A stretch of DNA of 64,000 bases from an uncultured bacterium (GTDB taxonomy: Bacteria; Krumholzibacteriota; Krumholzibacteriia; LZORAL124-64-63): NCBI GenBank assembly GCA_963727525.1, contig CAVSGO010000005.1, forward strand, positions 224,001 to 288,000, written 5' to 3'. This document shows, in pieces, positions 38,882 through 48,054 of the stretch; position 1 is the stretch's first letter; the number at the start of each line of letters is the position of its first letter. A program made the translations under genes and the position numbers. The notes beneath the pieces are model-generated. The model had not been told where the DNA came from and did not search any database. It saw only the letters and a list, made by a program, of their open reading frames with translations.

Positions 38882-40368
38882 CGTGCACCATCCTGCGTTG
38901 TGTCGCTACCGGGTCGTATGGTGGCCACCGGCGGCGACGTACCCAGGCGCCCGGTGGCGTGCGCGAGGGAGGCCACGGCCAGGTACCAGTCGGTACGGGC
39001 CTGCACGTCCTGCGCGCGCGCGTCCTCCAGCGTCGTCTGCGCCGCCAGCAGATCGAGGATCGAATCCAGGCCCGAGCGGTAGCGCTCGGTGGCGACATCG
39101 TGCGATTGCGTCGCGGAGTCGAGGAACTCGCGCGCCGTCTGCAAACGCTGGGTCGCGGTCCGCAGGTCGTAGTAGCCCTGCCACACGTTCAGCTCCACCG
39201 AGCTGCGCAGTGTCTCCAGCCGGCTCTCCGCCAGAGCCTCTTCGGCCTGCGCCTGGCGCACGTCGTTCACGTGAGAGAAACCCGTGAAGAGCGGCAGATT
39301 CAGGAACACGCCGGCGAGATACGTGTCGCGTGTCTGGTCGAATCCGTCGTAATAGCGGCGGGCCACGCTGCCCTGCACCGTGATCTCTGGACGGCCCTGC
39401 CCCTTCACGGCGCCCACGTGGGCGCGGGCCGCCAGTACCGACGCCCGGGCGGCGGCCAGCGCCGGCCGGTAGGTCTGGGCGTCGACGATAAGATCCTCGA
39501 CAGCGGTGGCCACCGAGTCCGCGGGCGGGGTGCCGGGCAGGAAACCGACGTCGTAGTCCACGGTGGGCGACAATCCCATCGCCGTGGCCAGAGACCCGCG
39601 CACCGTCTGGATCTGCCCCGCAAGCGTCTGCTCGGTCAGCTTCTGCTGCGCGAGGTTGCTGCGGGCTTGCAACACATCGGCCAGGGTGGCGAGGCCCGCG
39701 CTGCGCCGCTGCTCCGCCGCATCGACGTTGGCCGTCGCCTCCTCCACGGCCTGGGCCGCGGCCTCGTGCAGGGCGTGGGTGCTGAGATACTGGTAGTAGG
39801 TTTGCTCGACCGTCAGGGCCACGTCCTGGATCGTCTGGTTGTGGCTCCAGTTGGCCTGGTAGAGCGACTGTCGTGCCTGCTCCACGGTGCCGGCACGCTT
39901 GCCGAAGTCGAAGAGCACCGCGTTGAGGGCCACCGCGGGCGTGAAGCTGGTGAGGGTGGTGGGCGGCTGGGTGCCCACCGAGTTCTGCGATCGCTGGTAT
40001 CCCGCGCTTGCGCCGATCTGCGGCCAGTAGGCGCCCTGCTTGGTCCCCAGGTTCGCCGACGCCGCCAGTGCCGACGCCCACGACGCCCGCGTCAACGGGT
40101 TGTTGCGCAGGGCGAGATCGACGATGTCCGTCAGCGTCCACTCGTTGCGGGCCATGAGAAGATCGTCAGGCAGCACCACGGCGGGCGCGGCGGGCGGCGC
40201 CGCCGGCAATGCTTCGTGCGGCGGCCGCCAAGCCTGCGCAGGATCGTCCGGAATACGGCTGCGCACATCAAGGCCCGTCACCGTGGCGCAACCGGCCAGT
40301 GCGACGGTAAGGAACAGGCCGGCCCAGAGCCCGGACCTTGACCGCCGGCGCCGACGAGAGAGGGGCAT
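38878..40368 (-). CDS. TolC-family outer-membrane efflux lipoprotein
   Basis: LAGC lipobox, ALRNNP, RYRSGLDSILDLL. Confidence 0.9.
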   Translation of the reverse strand: MPLSRRRRRSRSGLWAGLFLTVALAGCATVTGLDVRSRIPDDPAQAWRPPHEALPAAPPAAPAVVLPDDLLMARNEWTLTDIVDLALRNNPLTRASWASALAASANLGTKQGAYWPQIGASAGYQRSQNSVGTQPPTTLTSFTPAVALNAVLFDFGKRAGTVEQARQSLYQANWSHNQTIQDVALTVEQTYYQYLSTHALHEAAAQAVEEATANVDAAEQRRSAGLATLADVLQARSNLAQQKLTEQTLAGQIQTVRGSLATAMGLSPTVDYDVGFLPGTPPADSVATAVEDLIVDAQTYRPALAAARASVLAARAHVGAVKGQGRPEITVQGSVARRYYDGFDQTRDTYLAGVFLNLPLFTGFSHVNDVRQAQAEEALAESRLETLRSSVELNVWQGYYDLRTATQRLQTAREFLDSATQSHDVATERYRSGLDSILDLLAAQTTLEDARAQDVQARTDWYLAVASLAHATGRLGTSPPVATIRPGSDTTQDGAR

Positions 40369-40535
40369 GGTCGATCCTTTCACGGACGGCAAGCAAGTAG
40401 GCGCAAACATTAAATCCGAGGAGTGCCGCGCGCCATCGCGACCTCGATTGACGCGGCGTTTTCTCGTGGACGGCGCCGCGCCGCGATGCCAGAATCAGGT
40501 ATCCAACGCTCTTGCTTGAACCTGGAGGCCTGAAC

Positions 40536-41096
40536 ATGGCGTTTCTTGGCGATCTGTGGTTGCCGATCCTTCTCTCGTCGGTTGCTGTCTTCGTCGTCAG
40601 CGCGGTCATCCACATGGTTCTGCCCGTGCACAAGGGCGAGTACCGCAAGCTACCGGGCGAGGCCGATGTGATGAAGACCATGCGCAGCCTGGGCGTCCGC
40701 CCTGGCGACTACGCCTTCCCGCACTGCACGATGCAGGAGATGGGCACGGACGACGCGAAGGCGCGTTACGCCGCGGGGCCCGTGGGCTTCCTCACCGTCG
40801 TCCCCAGCGGCGTGCCCAGCTTCGCCCGCAGCCTGGTGCTCTGGTTCCTCTTCACGCTGGTGGTCGGCGTGTTCACGGCGTACATCACCGCGCTCGCCGC
40901 CGATCCGGGCACGCACTACCTGCGCATCTTCCGTGTCGCCGGCGCGGTAGCCACGCTGGGCTACGCCGTCACGTACATCCCCGACGTCATCTGGAAAGGT
41001 CGCAGCTGGAAGACCACCGGCCTGCACATGCTCGACGGCTTGATCTACGGACTGCTGACGGCCGGCATGTTCGGCTGGCTCTGGCCGGCGGCCTAG
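40536..41096 (+). CDS. Hypothetical 4-TM membrane protein
   Basis: LWLPILLS..IHMVLP.H, PGDY.FP, DGLIYGLLTAG; GGAGG RBS. Confidence 0.75.
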   Translation: MAFLGDLWLPILLSSVAVFVVSAVIHMVLPVHKGEYRKLPGEADVMKTMRSLGVRPGDYAFPHCTMQEMGTDDAKARYAAGPVGFLTVVPSGVPSFARSLVLWFLFTLVVGVFTAYITALAADPGTHYLRIFRVAGAVATLGYAVTYIPDVIWKGRSWKTTGLHMLDGLIYGLLTAGMFGWLWPAA

Positions 41097-41117
41097 CTCT
41101 GCCGATTCCGGGTGCGA

Positions 41118-41146
41118 TTGACAGGCGGTCGCGCAACCGCCACCAT
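41118..41146 (+). promoter_or_regulatory. Possible sigma70 promoter of the dipeptidase gene
   Basis: TTGACA-17 bp-CACCAT. Confidence 0.4.
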
Positions 41147-41198
41147 GAAAGCGTGGTTCGCCCGCCAGTAGATCACCGTTCCTGGAAAGGACCACCCC

Positions 41199-42839
41199 AT
41201 GCGCATGCTGCCCCGCTGTGTCTGGATTTCCGGCTTCACCCTGCTACTCGGTGCTACCGCCGCCAGCGCCTGCACGAACTTCCTCGTCACCCGCGGAGCC
41301 TCGCAGGACGGCGAGGTGATGATCACCTACACGTGCGACGGCGAGTTCCACCCCACCCTCCAGCAGGTCCCTGCCGCCGACCACCAGCCTGGCGACGTGT
41401 ACGAGATCAAGGACTGGAGCGGACAGGTGCGTGCCACCATCCCGGAGATCGCCCACACCTACGCCGTGGTGGGCCTGATGAACGAACACCAGGTGACGAT
41501 CGGCGAGACCACCTTCGACGGGCGTCCGGAGCTGGTGAATCCCGAGGGGATGCTTCACTACTGGTTCCTGATGCGCCTGGCGCTCATGCGCGCGGCCACG
41601 GCGCGCGGGGCGGTGACGGTGATGGGCGATCTCGTGGCGCAGTATGGCTACCGCTCCACGGGCGAGAGCTTCTCCATCGGCGACCCGCAGGAAGCGTGGC
41701 TCATGGAGATGATCGGCCCGGGCCCCGGCGGCCAGGGTGCCCTCTGGGTGGCGCGGCGCGTGCCCGACGGCGCCGTGTGCGGCCACGCCAACATGTCGCG
41801 CATCCGCGAGTTTCCCACCGACGACCCGCAGAACTGCCTCTTCTCCCCCGGTGTGATCGACACGGCCGTCGCCCGCGGCTGGTGGAGCCCGCAGGCGAAG
41901 CGCCCCTTCAGTTTCAGCGAGGCTTACTGCCCCGTCACGCCGCAGACGCTGCGCTACACCGCGACGCGGGTCTGGAGCATGTTCCGCCGCGTCGCGCCGT
42001 CGCTCCAACTCTCCCCCGACTTCCATCGCGGCGTACCCGGCGCGCAGCCCTACCCCCTGTGGGTGAAACCCGATCACAAGCTCACCGTGAGCGATGTCTT
42101 CGCCGTCATGCGCGATCACTACGAGGGCACGTTCTACGATATGACGCAGGGTGTCGACGCCGGCCCCTTCGGCTGCCCCGTGCGCTCCCAGCCCATGGGC
42201 TGGGAGCTGGACGGCGAGAAGTACACGTGGGAACGGCCCATCTCCACGAAGAAGACCGGCTTCTCGTTCGTGTCCGAGTGCCGCGGCTGGCTGCCCGACG
42301 CGGTGGGCGGCCGCCACTGGTACGGGGTCGACGACACCTACACGACCTGCTACGTCCCGCTCTACTGCGGCATCGACGCGGTCCCCGTGGCCTACGCCAC
42401 CGGCAGCCTGCAGCACTTCTCGTGGGACAGCGCCTGGTGGGTGTTCAACTTCGTCGCCAACTACGCCAATCTCCGCTACCGCGACATGGTGCTGGATATC
42501 CGCGCCGTGCAGTCCGCCCTCGAGGGCGCGTGCCTCGCCGAGCTGCCGGCCGTGGAACAGACCGCCTGCGCGCTCGCGAAGAGCGATCCCGCGGCGATGA
42601 CGCGCTATCTCACGCAGTACTCCGTGCAAAAAGGTGCGGCGGTTGTCGCGCGCTGGCGGCAACTCGGAGAGGAGCTGCTCACGAAGTACAACGACGGCTA
42701 CGTGAAGGACGAGAACGGCCAGCCGCGCGAGCGGGGTTACCCCGAGGACTGGCGACGCGATGTGCGTGAACTGCGGCCCGACGCGTTCAAGCTGCCGTCC
42801 GCGCAACCCGACTCGCTGAAGACCGCGCTACCGTACTGA
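41199..42839 (+). CDS. C69-family dipeptidase (Ntn hydrolase)
   Basis: Signal peptide followed by the catalytic N-terminal CTN; MNEHQVTIGETT, GESFSIGD, SAWWVFN. Confidence 0.9.
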   Translation: MRMLPRCVWISGFTLLLGATAASACTNFLVTRGASQDGEVMITYTCDGEFHPTLQQVPAADHQPGDVYEIKDWSGQVRATIPEIAHTYAVVGLMNEHQVTIGETTFDGRPELVNPEGMLHYWFLMRLALMRAATARGAVTVMGDLVAQYGYRSTGESFSIGDPQEAWLMEMIGPGPGGQGALWVARRVPDGAVCGHANMSRIREFPTDDPQNCLFSPGVIDTAVARGWWSPQAKRPFSFSEAYCPVTPQTLRYTATRVWSMFRRVAPSLQLSPDFHRGVPGAQPYPLWVKPDHKLTVSDVFAVMRDHYEGTFYDMTQGVDAGPFGCPVRSQPMGWELDGEKYTWERPISTKKTGFSFVSECRGWLPDAVGGRHWYGVDDTYTTCYVPLYCGIDAVPVAYATGSLQHFSWDSAWWVFNFVANYANLRYRDMVLDIRAVQSALEGACLAELPAVEQTACALAKSDPAAMTRYLTQYSVQKGAAVVARWRQLGEELLTKYNDGYVKDENGQPRERGYPEDWRRDVRELRPDAFKLPSAQPDSLKTALPY

Positions 42840-43961
42840 GGCGCGGCGACCGATGAGATCGGTGTAGAGGTGCTCCATCCGCGTCAACATGCGGTCCTCG
42901 CCGAAAAGCGCGTGCGCGCGTGCCTGCCCCGCCTGGCCGAGGCGCACGCGCAGGGCCGCATCGTCGAGCAGGCGTTGGGTGGCAGCGGCCAGGGCGGCGC
43001 CGTCGCGGGGCGGCACCATGAGTCCGGTCTCTTCATCCACCACGATGTCGAGCACCCCGTCGCAGTTCGACGACACCGTCGGCAGCCCCATCGCCATCGC
43101 CTCGATCAACGCCAGCCCGAAGGCTTCGGCGCGCGACGGGAAGGCGAAGACATCCATCGCCTCCAGCATCTGGGGGATGTCCTGGCGGAAACCCGTCACG
43201 ACGAAGCGCTCGCGCAGCCCGTACGCGTCGATGCGCGCGAGGATGGCGTCGCCCTCCGCCTCCTCGCCGCGCGTGGGTTCGCCCACCACGAGGAACCGGG
43301 CGCGCGGTCGCGCGGCCGCCACCTCGCGGGCCATCTCGAGGAACTCGAGATGCCCCTTGTGGCGTGTCACGCGGCCGACGATGCCCACCACGAGATCATC
43401 GGGTGCCAGGCCCAGCTCGGCGCGCGTGCGCAGACGACGTTGCGGATCCGACACGAAGCGGCCGAGGTCCACGCCGTTGTGGATCACCGTCACCTTGTCG
43501 GGAGCGATCGGGTGCATGGCGATCACGTTCGTGCGGATCACCTCGCTGATCGCGATCACCGCATCGACGCGCCGGTACAGCCAGTGGTGCACCCACAGGC
43601 GCTTGGGGCGGATCACGCCCACGTGCTTGTGCAGCACCAGGGGCGTACGCCGGTGGCCGATCAGGGCAGGCACCAGGGTGAAGAGGTCGCGCGACCAGTC
43701 GGTGTGCACGAGATCCACACCCTCGCCGCGGACAACGGAACCCAGGCGTCGCGCCTGCCGCGGATGCACCTTGCTCCAGAGGTCGGCGGTCACGGGCAGG
43801 AAGCCCGCGGCCCGCAAGCGTTCCTCGGTGGTCGTACCCGGCGCGCAGACGGGGACGACGCGATGGCCCCGCGCCCGCAGGCTGGCGCTCGACTGGACCA
43901 TGCTCATCTCCATGCCGCCCCACGCGCGGCTCGTGCACACCTTCAGGATCGTCAGCGCCAT
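42828..43961 (-). CDS. GT4 glycosyltransferase
   Basis: WGGME, HNGVD, KGH, EAFGLALIEAMA. Confidence 0.92.
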   Translation of the reverse strand: MALTILKVCTSRAWGGMEMSMVQSSASLRARGHRVVPVCAPGTTTEERLRAAGFLPVTADLWSKVHPRQARRLGSVVRGEGVDLVHTDWSRDLFTLVPALIGHRRTPLVLHKHVGVIRPKRLWVHHWLYRRVDAVIAISEVIRTNVIAMHPIAPDKVTVIHNGVDLGRFVSDPQRRLRTRAELGLAPDDLVVGIVGRVTRHKGHLEFLEMAREVAAARPRARFLVVGEPTRGEEAEGDAILARIDAYGLRERFVVTGFRQDIPQMLEAMDVFAFPSRAEAFGLALIEAMAMGLPTVSSNCDGVLDIVVDEETGLMVPPRDGAALAAATQRLLDDAALRVRLGQAGQARAHALFGEDRMLTRMEHLYTDLIGRRASVR

Positions 43962-44163
43962 GCTCGTTACCCCTCGTCTCGCCGCAGCGGTGCCTGCCCG
44001 GCATGATGCACCGTCGGGGCCGCGACGGGCCAGAATTATCCAGAGCCGCACGAATATTTAGCCGGTAGCTCGGGTTTTCGATTCGCGGCGGTCTTGCGGT
44101 GCGCTACCCTCGCCTCAGTCCGGAGGCAAGCTGTCGCGGTATCGAGATGCGAGGTGATGAGCC

Positions 44164-44835
44164 ATGGCACAGTGGTGGCAAGAATTGACGCTCGAACTGC
44201 ACATCTTCTATGCGCTCGGCATCGCCAGCACCGTCATCCTCCTGATCCAGCTCTTCATGACGGTGATCGGGCTGGACCATGATGCGGCGTTCGACGGTGG
44301 TGTCGACGGTGGTGTCGACGGCGGGGCGTTCGACGGCGGTGTCGACGGCGGGGCGTTCGACGGCGGTGTCGACGGCGGGGCGTTCGACGGCGCCGGCCTG
44401 CACGATGCCTCGGCTGCCGAGCACAGCTCCGGCCTGCACGTGCTCTCCACCCGCACGATCGTGGCCTTCCTCGCCGGCTTCGGCTGGACCGGCGTGATCG
44501 CGCGCACCGGCGGCATCTCCACCGGCCTCTCGGCGCTTGCGGCCCTGGCCGTGGGCACGGTGCTCATGTTCATGGTGTACTGGCTGATGCGCGTGCTCTA
44601 CGGGCTGCGACAGAGCGGAAATGTCGACTACCGCAACGCCATTGGTCAGGTGGGCACGGTGTACGTGCGCATTCCGGCCGCGGGCGTGGGCACCGGCCAG
44701 ATCCAGGTTCTCGTGCAGGGGCGCCTGGCGACGGTCGCCGCGGTCACCGATGGCCCCGAGAACATCACGAGCGGACGCAAGGTCAAGGTGACCGCTCAGC
44801 TCAGCGAGAGCATCCTGAAGGTCGAGGCGCTCTGA
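44164..44835 (+). CDS. NfeD-like membrane protein (flotillin partner)
   Basis: TM helices, FLAGFGW, OB-fold C-terminus (IGQVGTVYVRIP). Confidence 0.82.
   Translation: MAQWWQELTLELHIFYALGIASTVILLIQLFMTVIGLDHDAAFDGGVDGGVDGGAFDGGVDGGAFDGGVDGGAFDGAGLHDASAAEHSSGLHVLSTRTIVAFLAGFGWTGVIARTGGISTGLSALAALAVGTVLMFMVYWLMRVLYGLRQSGNVDYRNAIGQVGTVYVRIPAAGVGTGQIQVLVQGRLATVAAVTDGPENITSGRKVKVTAQLSESILKVEAL
44287..44392 (+). repeat. In-frame tandem repeat (27-bp unit AFDGGVDGG)
   Basis: GCGTTCGACGGCGGTGTCGACGGCGGG repeated about 3.5 times, with one extra 12-bp VDGG unit. Confidence 0.9.
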
Positions 44836-44875
44836 ATCACGCCGGGCGGCGGGCCCGGCCAGCGGAGGGACAATC

Positions 44876-46282
44876 ATGTCGGGTTACTCGTTCCTGATCC
44901 TCATCGCCACCATCGTCCTGATCTTCTTCGTGACCATCGTCAGCTTTGCGGCGCGCTACAAGCGCTGCCCGTCGGACAAGATCCTCGTGGTCTTCGGCAA
45001 GATCTCCGGCAAGGGCCCCGCGGCGTCGGCCAAGTGCATCCACGGCGGCGCCACCTTCGTGTGGCCCGTACTGCAGGACTACGCGTTTCTCGACCTCACG
45101 CCCATCCCCATCGACATCAAGCTCGAGGGCGCCCTCTCGCTGCAGAACATCCGCGTCAACACCCCCTCCACGTTCACGGTGGGCATCGCGACCGACCAGG
45201 GCGTGATGCAGAATGCGGCCGAACGCCTGCTCGGCCTCACGATGCAGAACGTCCAGGACATTGCCCGCGACATCATCTTCGGCCAGATGCGTGTCGTGAT
45301 CGCGACCATGTCCATCGAGGACATCAACGCCGACCGCGAGCAGCTCATCGACAACATCACCAAGGGCGTGGAGAGCGAGCTGCAGAAGGTGGGTCTACGG
45401 CTGATCAACGTGAACATCCAGGACATCACCGACGAGTCGGGCTACATCGATGCCCTGGGCCGCGAGGCGGCCGCGCGCGCCATCAACGAGGCCAAGAAGA
45501 AGGTGGCCGAACAGGAGCGCGACGGCGAGATCGGCAAGGCCGAGGCCGAGCGCGAGCAGCGCATCAAGGTGGCGGCCGCGCATGCGTCGGCCGTGGAGGG
45601 CGAGAACGTGGCCAAGGTCACCGTCGCCAACTCCGACGCCGAGCGGCGCGAGCGCCAGGCCGAGGCCGAGCGGCGCGCCATGGCCGCCGAGAAGGTGCAG
45701 TCGGCGCAGGCCCTGCAGGAAGCGTACTCAGCCGAGGAGACGGCCGAACGCCAGCGCGCCAAGCGCGAGGAAGCCACGCAGGTCGCCAACATCATCGTGC
45801 CCGCGGAGATCGAGAAGCGCCGCGTGGAGACCATCGCCGAGGCCGAGGCCGAGCGCATCCGCCGCACCAAGCGCGGCGAGGCCGACGGCGTGCTCTCGAT
45901 GATGACGGCCGAGGCCGACGGTCTCAAGGCGATCCTCACCCGCAAGGCAGCCGGCTTCACCGACCTGGTGCGGGCCGCCGAGGACAAGGCCGAGCTGGCC
46001 GCCCTGCTGCTCATCACCGAGCAGCTTCCGAAGCTCGTCGAGGAGCAGGTGAAGGCCATCTCCAACCTGAAGATCGACCAGATCACCGTCTGGGAGAACG
46101 GGCGCAATGGCAACGGCCGCACGTCCACGGCCGACTTCCTTTCCGGCATGGTGGGTTCGCTGCCGCCACTGCATGAGCTCACGCGCAACGTCGGCATCGA
46201 TCTGCCCGCGTACCTCGGCAAGGTGAAGGACCTCAAGGACGTCGGTCCCGCGGCCCCGCCTGCCGGTGGGACGGATGCCTGA
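44876..46282 (+). CDS. Flotillin / SPFH (band 7) protein
   Basis: RYKRCPSDKILV, GG.FVWP.LQDY, AEAE coiled-coil region. Confidence 0.92.
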   Translation: MSGYSFLILIATIVLIFFVTIVSFAARYKRCPSDKILVVFGKISGKGPAASAKCIHGGATFVWPVLQDYAFLDLTPIPIDIKLEGALSLQNIRVNTPSTFTVGIATDQGVMQNAAERLLGLTMQNVQDIARDIIFGQMRVVIATMSIEDINADREQLIDNITKGVESELQKVGLRLINVNIQDITDESGYIDALGREAAARAINEAKKKVAEQERDGEIGKAEAEREQRIKVAAAHASAVEGENVAKVTVANSDAERRERQAEAERRAMAAEKVQSAQALQEAYSAEETAERQRAKREEATQVANIIVPAEIEKRRVETIAEAEAERIRRTKRGEADGVLSMMTAEADGLKAILTRKAAGFTDLVRAAEDKAELAALLLITEQLPKLVEEQVKAISNLKIDQITVWENGRNGNGRTSTADFLSGMVGSLPPLHELTRNVGIDLPAYLGKVKDLKDVGPAAPPAGGTDA

Positions 46283-47021
46283 CCACGTCGGAGCCGCGCA
46301 CGAGCGGGGATTCGCCATCCTCCACGCGCGCGGCCCCTGCCTCGTGGTCGCCAAGCCCGCCGGACTCCTCACCCAGGCGCCGGCGGGCGTCGACAGCCTC
46401 GAGACCCGCATCAAGCTCTGGCGCCATGCCACGGTCGGTGCCCCCAGGGACGGTTTCCTGGGTGTGGTCCATCGCCTCGATCGTCCCGCCACCGGCGCCA
46501 TGGTCTTCGCCTTCACGGTCCGCGCCACCCGTAATCTGAGCGGCCAGTTCGCACAGCGGACGGTGCGCAAGGAATACTGGGCGGCGGTGGAGGGCGTCGT
46601 CGACCCTCCGGCCGGCACCTGGACCGATCATCTGCGCAAGATCCCCGATCAGCCGAGGGCCGAGATCGTGCCGGCCGAACACCCGGACGCGCGCCACGCC
46701 GTCCTGCATTACCGGACGCTGGCCACCGCGCCCTGGGGTTCGTGGCTCGCGATCGCGCTCGCGACCGGCCGCACCCACCAGATCCGCGCCCAGGCCGCAA
46801 GCCGCGGCCACCCCGTCCTCGGCGACGATGCCTATGGCGCGACCACCGCGTTCGGCTCCGCCTACGACGACAAGCGATTGCAGGCCATCGCGTTGCACTC
46901 CAAAAGCCTCGACTTCGCCGACCCCGCGACCGGCGAGCCCGTGGCGGTGATCGCGCCAGTCGACACTCCCTGGAATGATCTCGGCCTGCCGGCCGCCAAT
47001 CTCCAGCCGCCACCCGCTTGA
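46275..47021 (+). CDS. RluA-family pseudouridine synthase
   Basis: KPAGL, VHRLDRPATG, TGRTHQIR, HPVLGD, LH. Confidence 0.9.
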   Translation: MPDHVGAAHERGFAILHARGPCLVVAKPAGLLTQAPAGVDSLETRIKLWRHATVGAPRDGFLGVVHRLDRPATGAMVFAFTVRATRNLSGQFAQRTVRKEYWAAVEGVVDPPAGTWTDHLRKIPDQPRAEIVPAEHPDARHAVLHYRTLATAPWGSWLAIALATGRTHQIRAQAASRGHPVLGDDAYGATTAFGSAYDDKRLQAIALHSKSLDFADPATGEPVAVIAPVDTPWNDLGLPAANLQPPPA

Positions 47022-47141
47022 CACCGTCCTCGCGAATCCCGGCCACGAGGACAACCCTCAATCGCTGCGCGAATGGTCCGACTATTGATCATCAGTATCC
47101 GGTCCCGGATATCCATGGCTTTTTGCGAAAGGCGGCCTGCC

Positions 47142-47807
47142 ATGCACTTGCGCCTCATCGCGTCCATCGCGCTCGCCCTGATCGTGCTGGCGCCGACCGC
47201 TTGGGCGGCCGACCTCGCGGTCGATCTCGACGCCGGCACCCGTGCCGGTTTCGGCGGCCAGGTCAGCGGCCTGCTCACCCAGTTCACCCCCGGCGCTCCG
47301 CTGGCGCTCCGTGCCGGTCTGGGCTACTTCTCGCACACACCGACGAATCCCTACGATGCGCGCCACGTGTTCATCAATGACAACACCAACGGCACGCCCG
47401 AGAAGACCGGCCATCTCTGGACCATGAACTTCGACCTGCTCGTGCCGGTCGGCCATTTCGGCATGCAGACCGTGACGCTCGTCACGGGCGTGCGGTACTC
47501 GCACTACACCGCCCACTTCCAGTACATCGGCGGCAACGAGAGCTTCGACGTGGTCGGCAACCCGTGGGGCGTGGGCCTGGGCCTGGAGACCGCGTTCCGC
47601 ACCGGCGACCATTCCGCATTCGTCCTGAAGGCGGGCGTCGATCACTACTTCGACGCCGAGCTGACAGGGCATGACACGACCTACGCGCCCGACGGCGTCG
47701 ACGTGAACCCGCGCGACGGCTACACGTACGACGACGCCAAGGCGGCCACGAATCCTCCCACCTACGAGATCGTGGGCATGATCGGCTGGCGCATGGGACT
47801 GAAGTGA
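47142..47807 (+). CDS. Outer-membrane beta-barrel protein
   Basis: Signal peptide, alternating amphipathic beta strands, long loops (FINDNTNGTPEK). Confidence 0.7.
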   Translation: MHLRLIASIALALIVLAPTAWAADLAVDLDAGTRAGFGGQVSGLLTQFTPGAPLALRAGLGYFSHTPTNPYDARHVFINDNTNGTPEKTGHLWTMNFDLLVPVGHFGMQTVTLVTGVRYSHYTAHFQYIGGNESFDVVGNPWGVGLGLETAFRTGDHSAFVLKAGVDHYFDAELTGHDTTYAPDGVDVNPRDGYTYDDAKAATNPPTYEIVGMIGWRMGLK

Positions 47808-47840
47808 TCGCGGGGAGCTCCCGCATCCCCGCAGCGCTCG

Positions 47841-47866
47841 CGAGGCCCCGGTAATCCGGGGCCTCG
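47841..47866 (+). terminator. Hairpin terminator
   Basis: CGAGGCCCCGG-TAAT-CCGGGGCCTCG. Confidence 0.65.
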
Positions 47867-48054
47867 TCGCCGAGCCACGCCGACAACGTCTTGTCCTGTC
47901 GTACCACGTTCCGTAAGACGTCGCCCACCCCGGGTGCCGGCGCGAGTCGAGCACCGCGCGCGGATGCGCGCTCGGATGCGATTTGACCTCGACGACCACC
48001 CTGGTTTACACTCTCGGACCCTCCGACCCTGACATTCGAGCAAGGGAGCGTACC

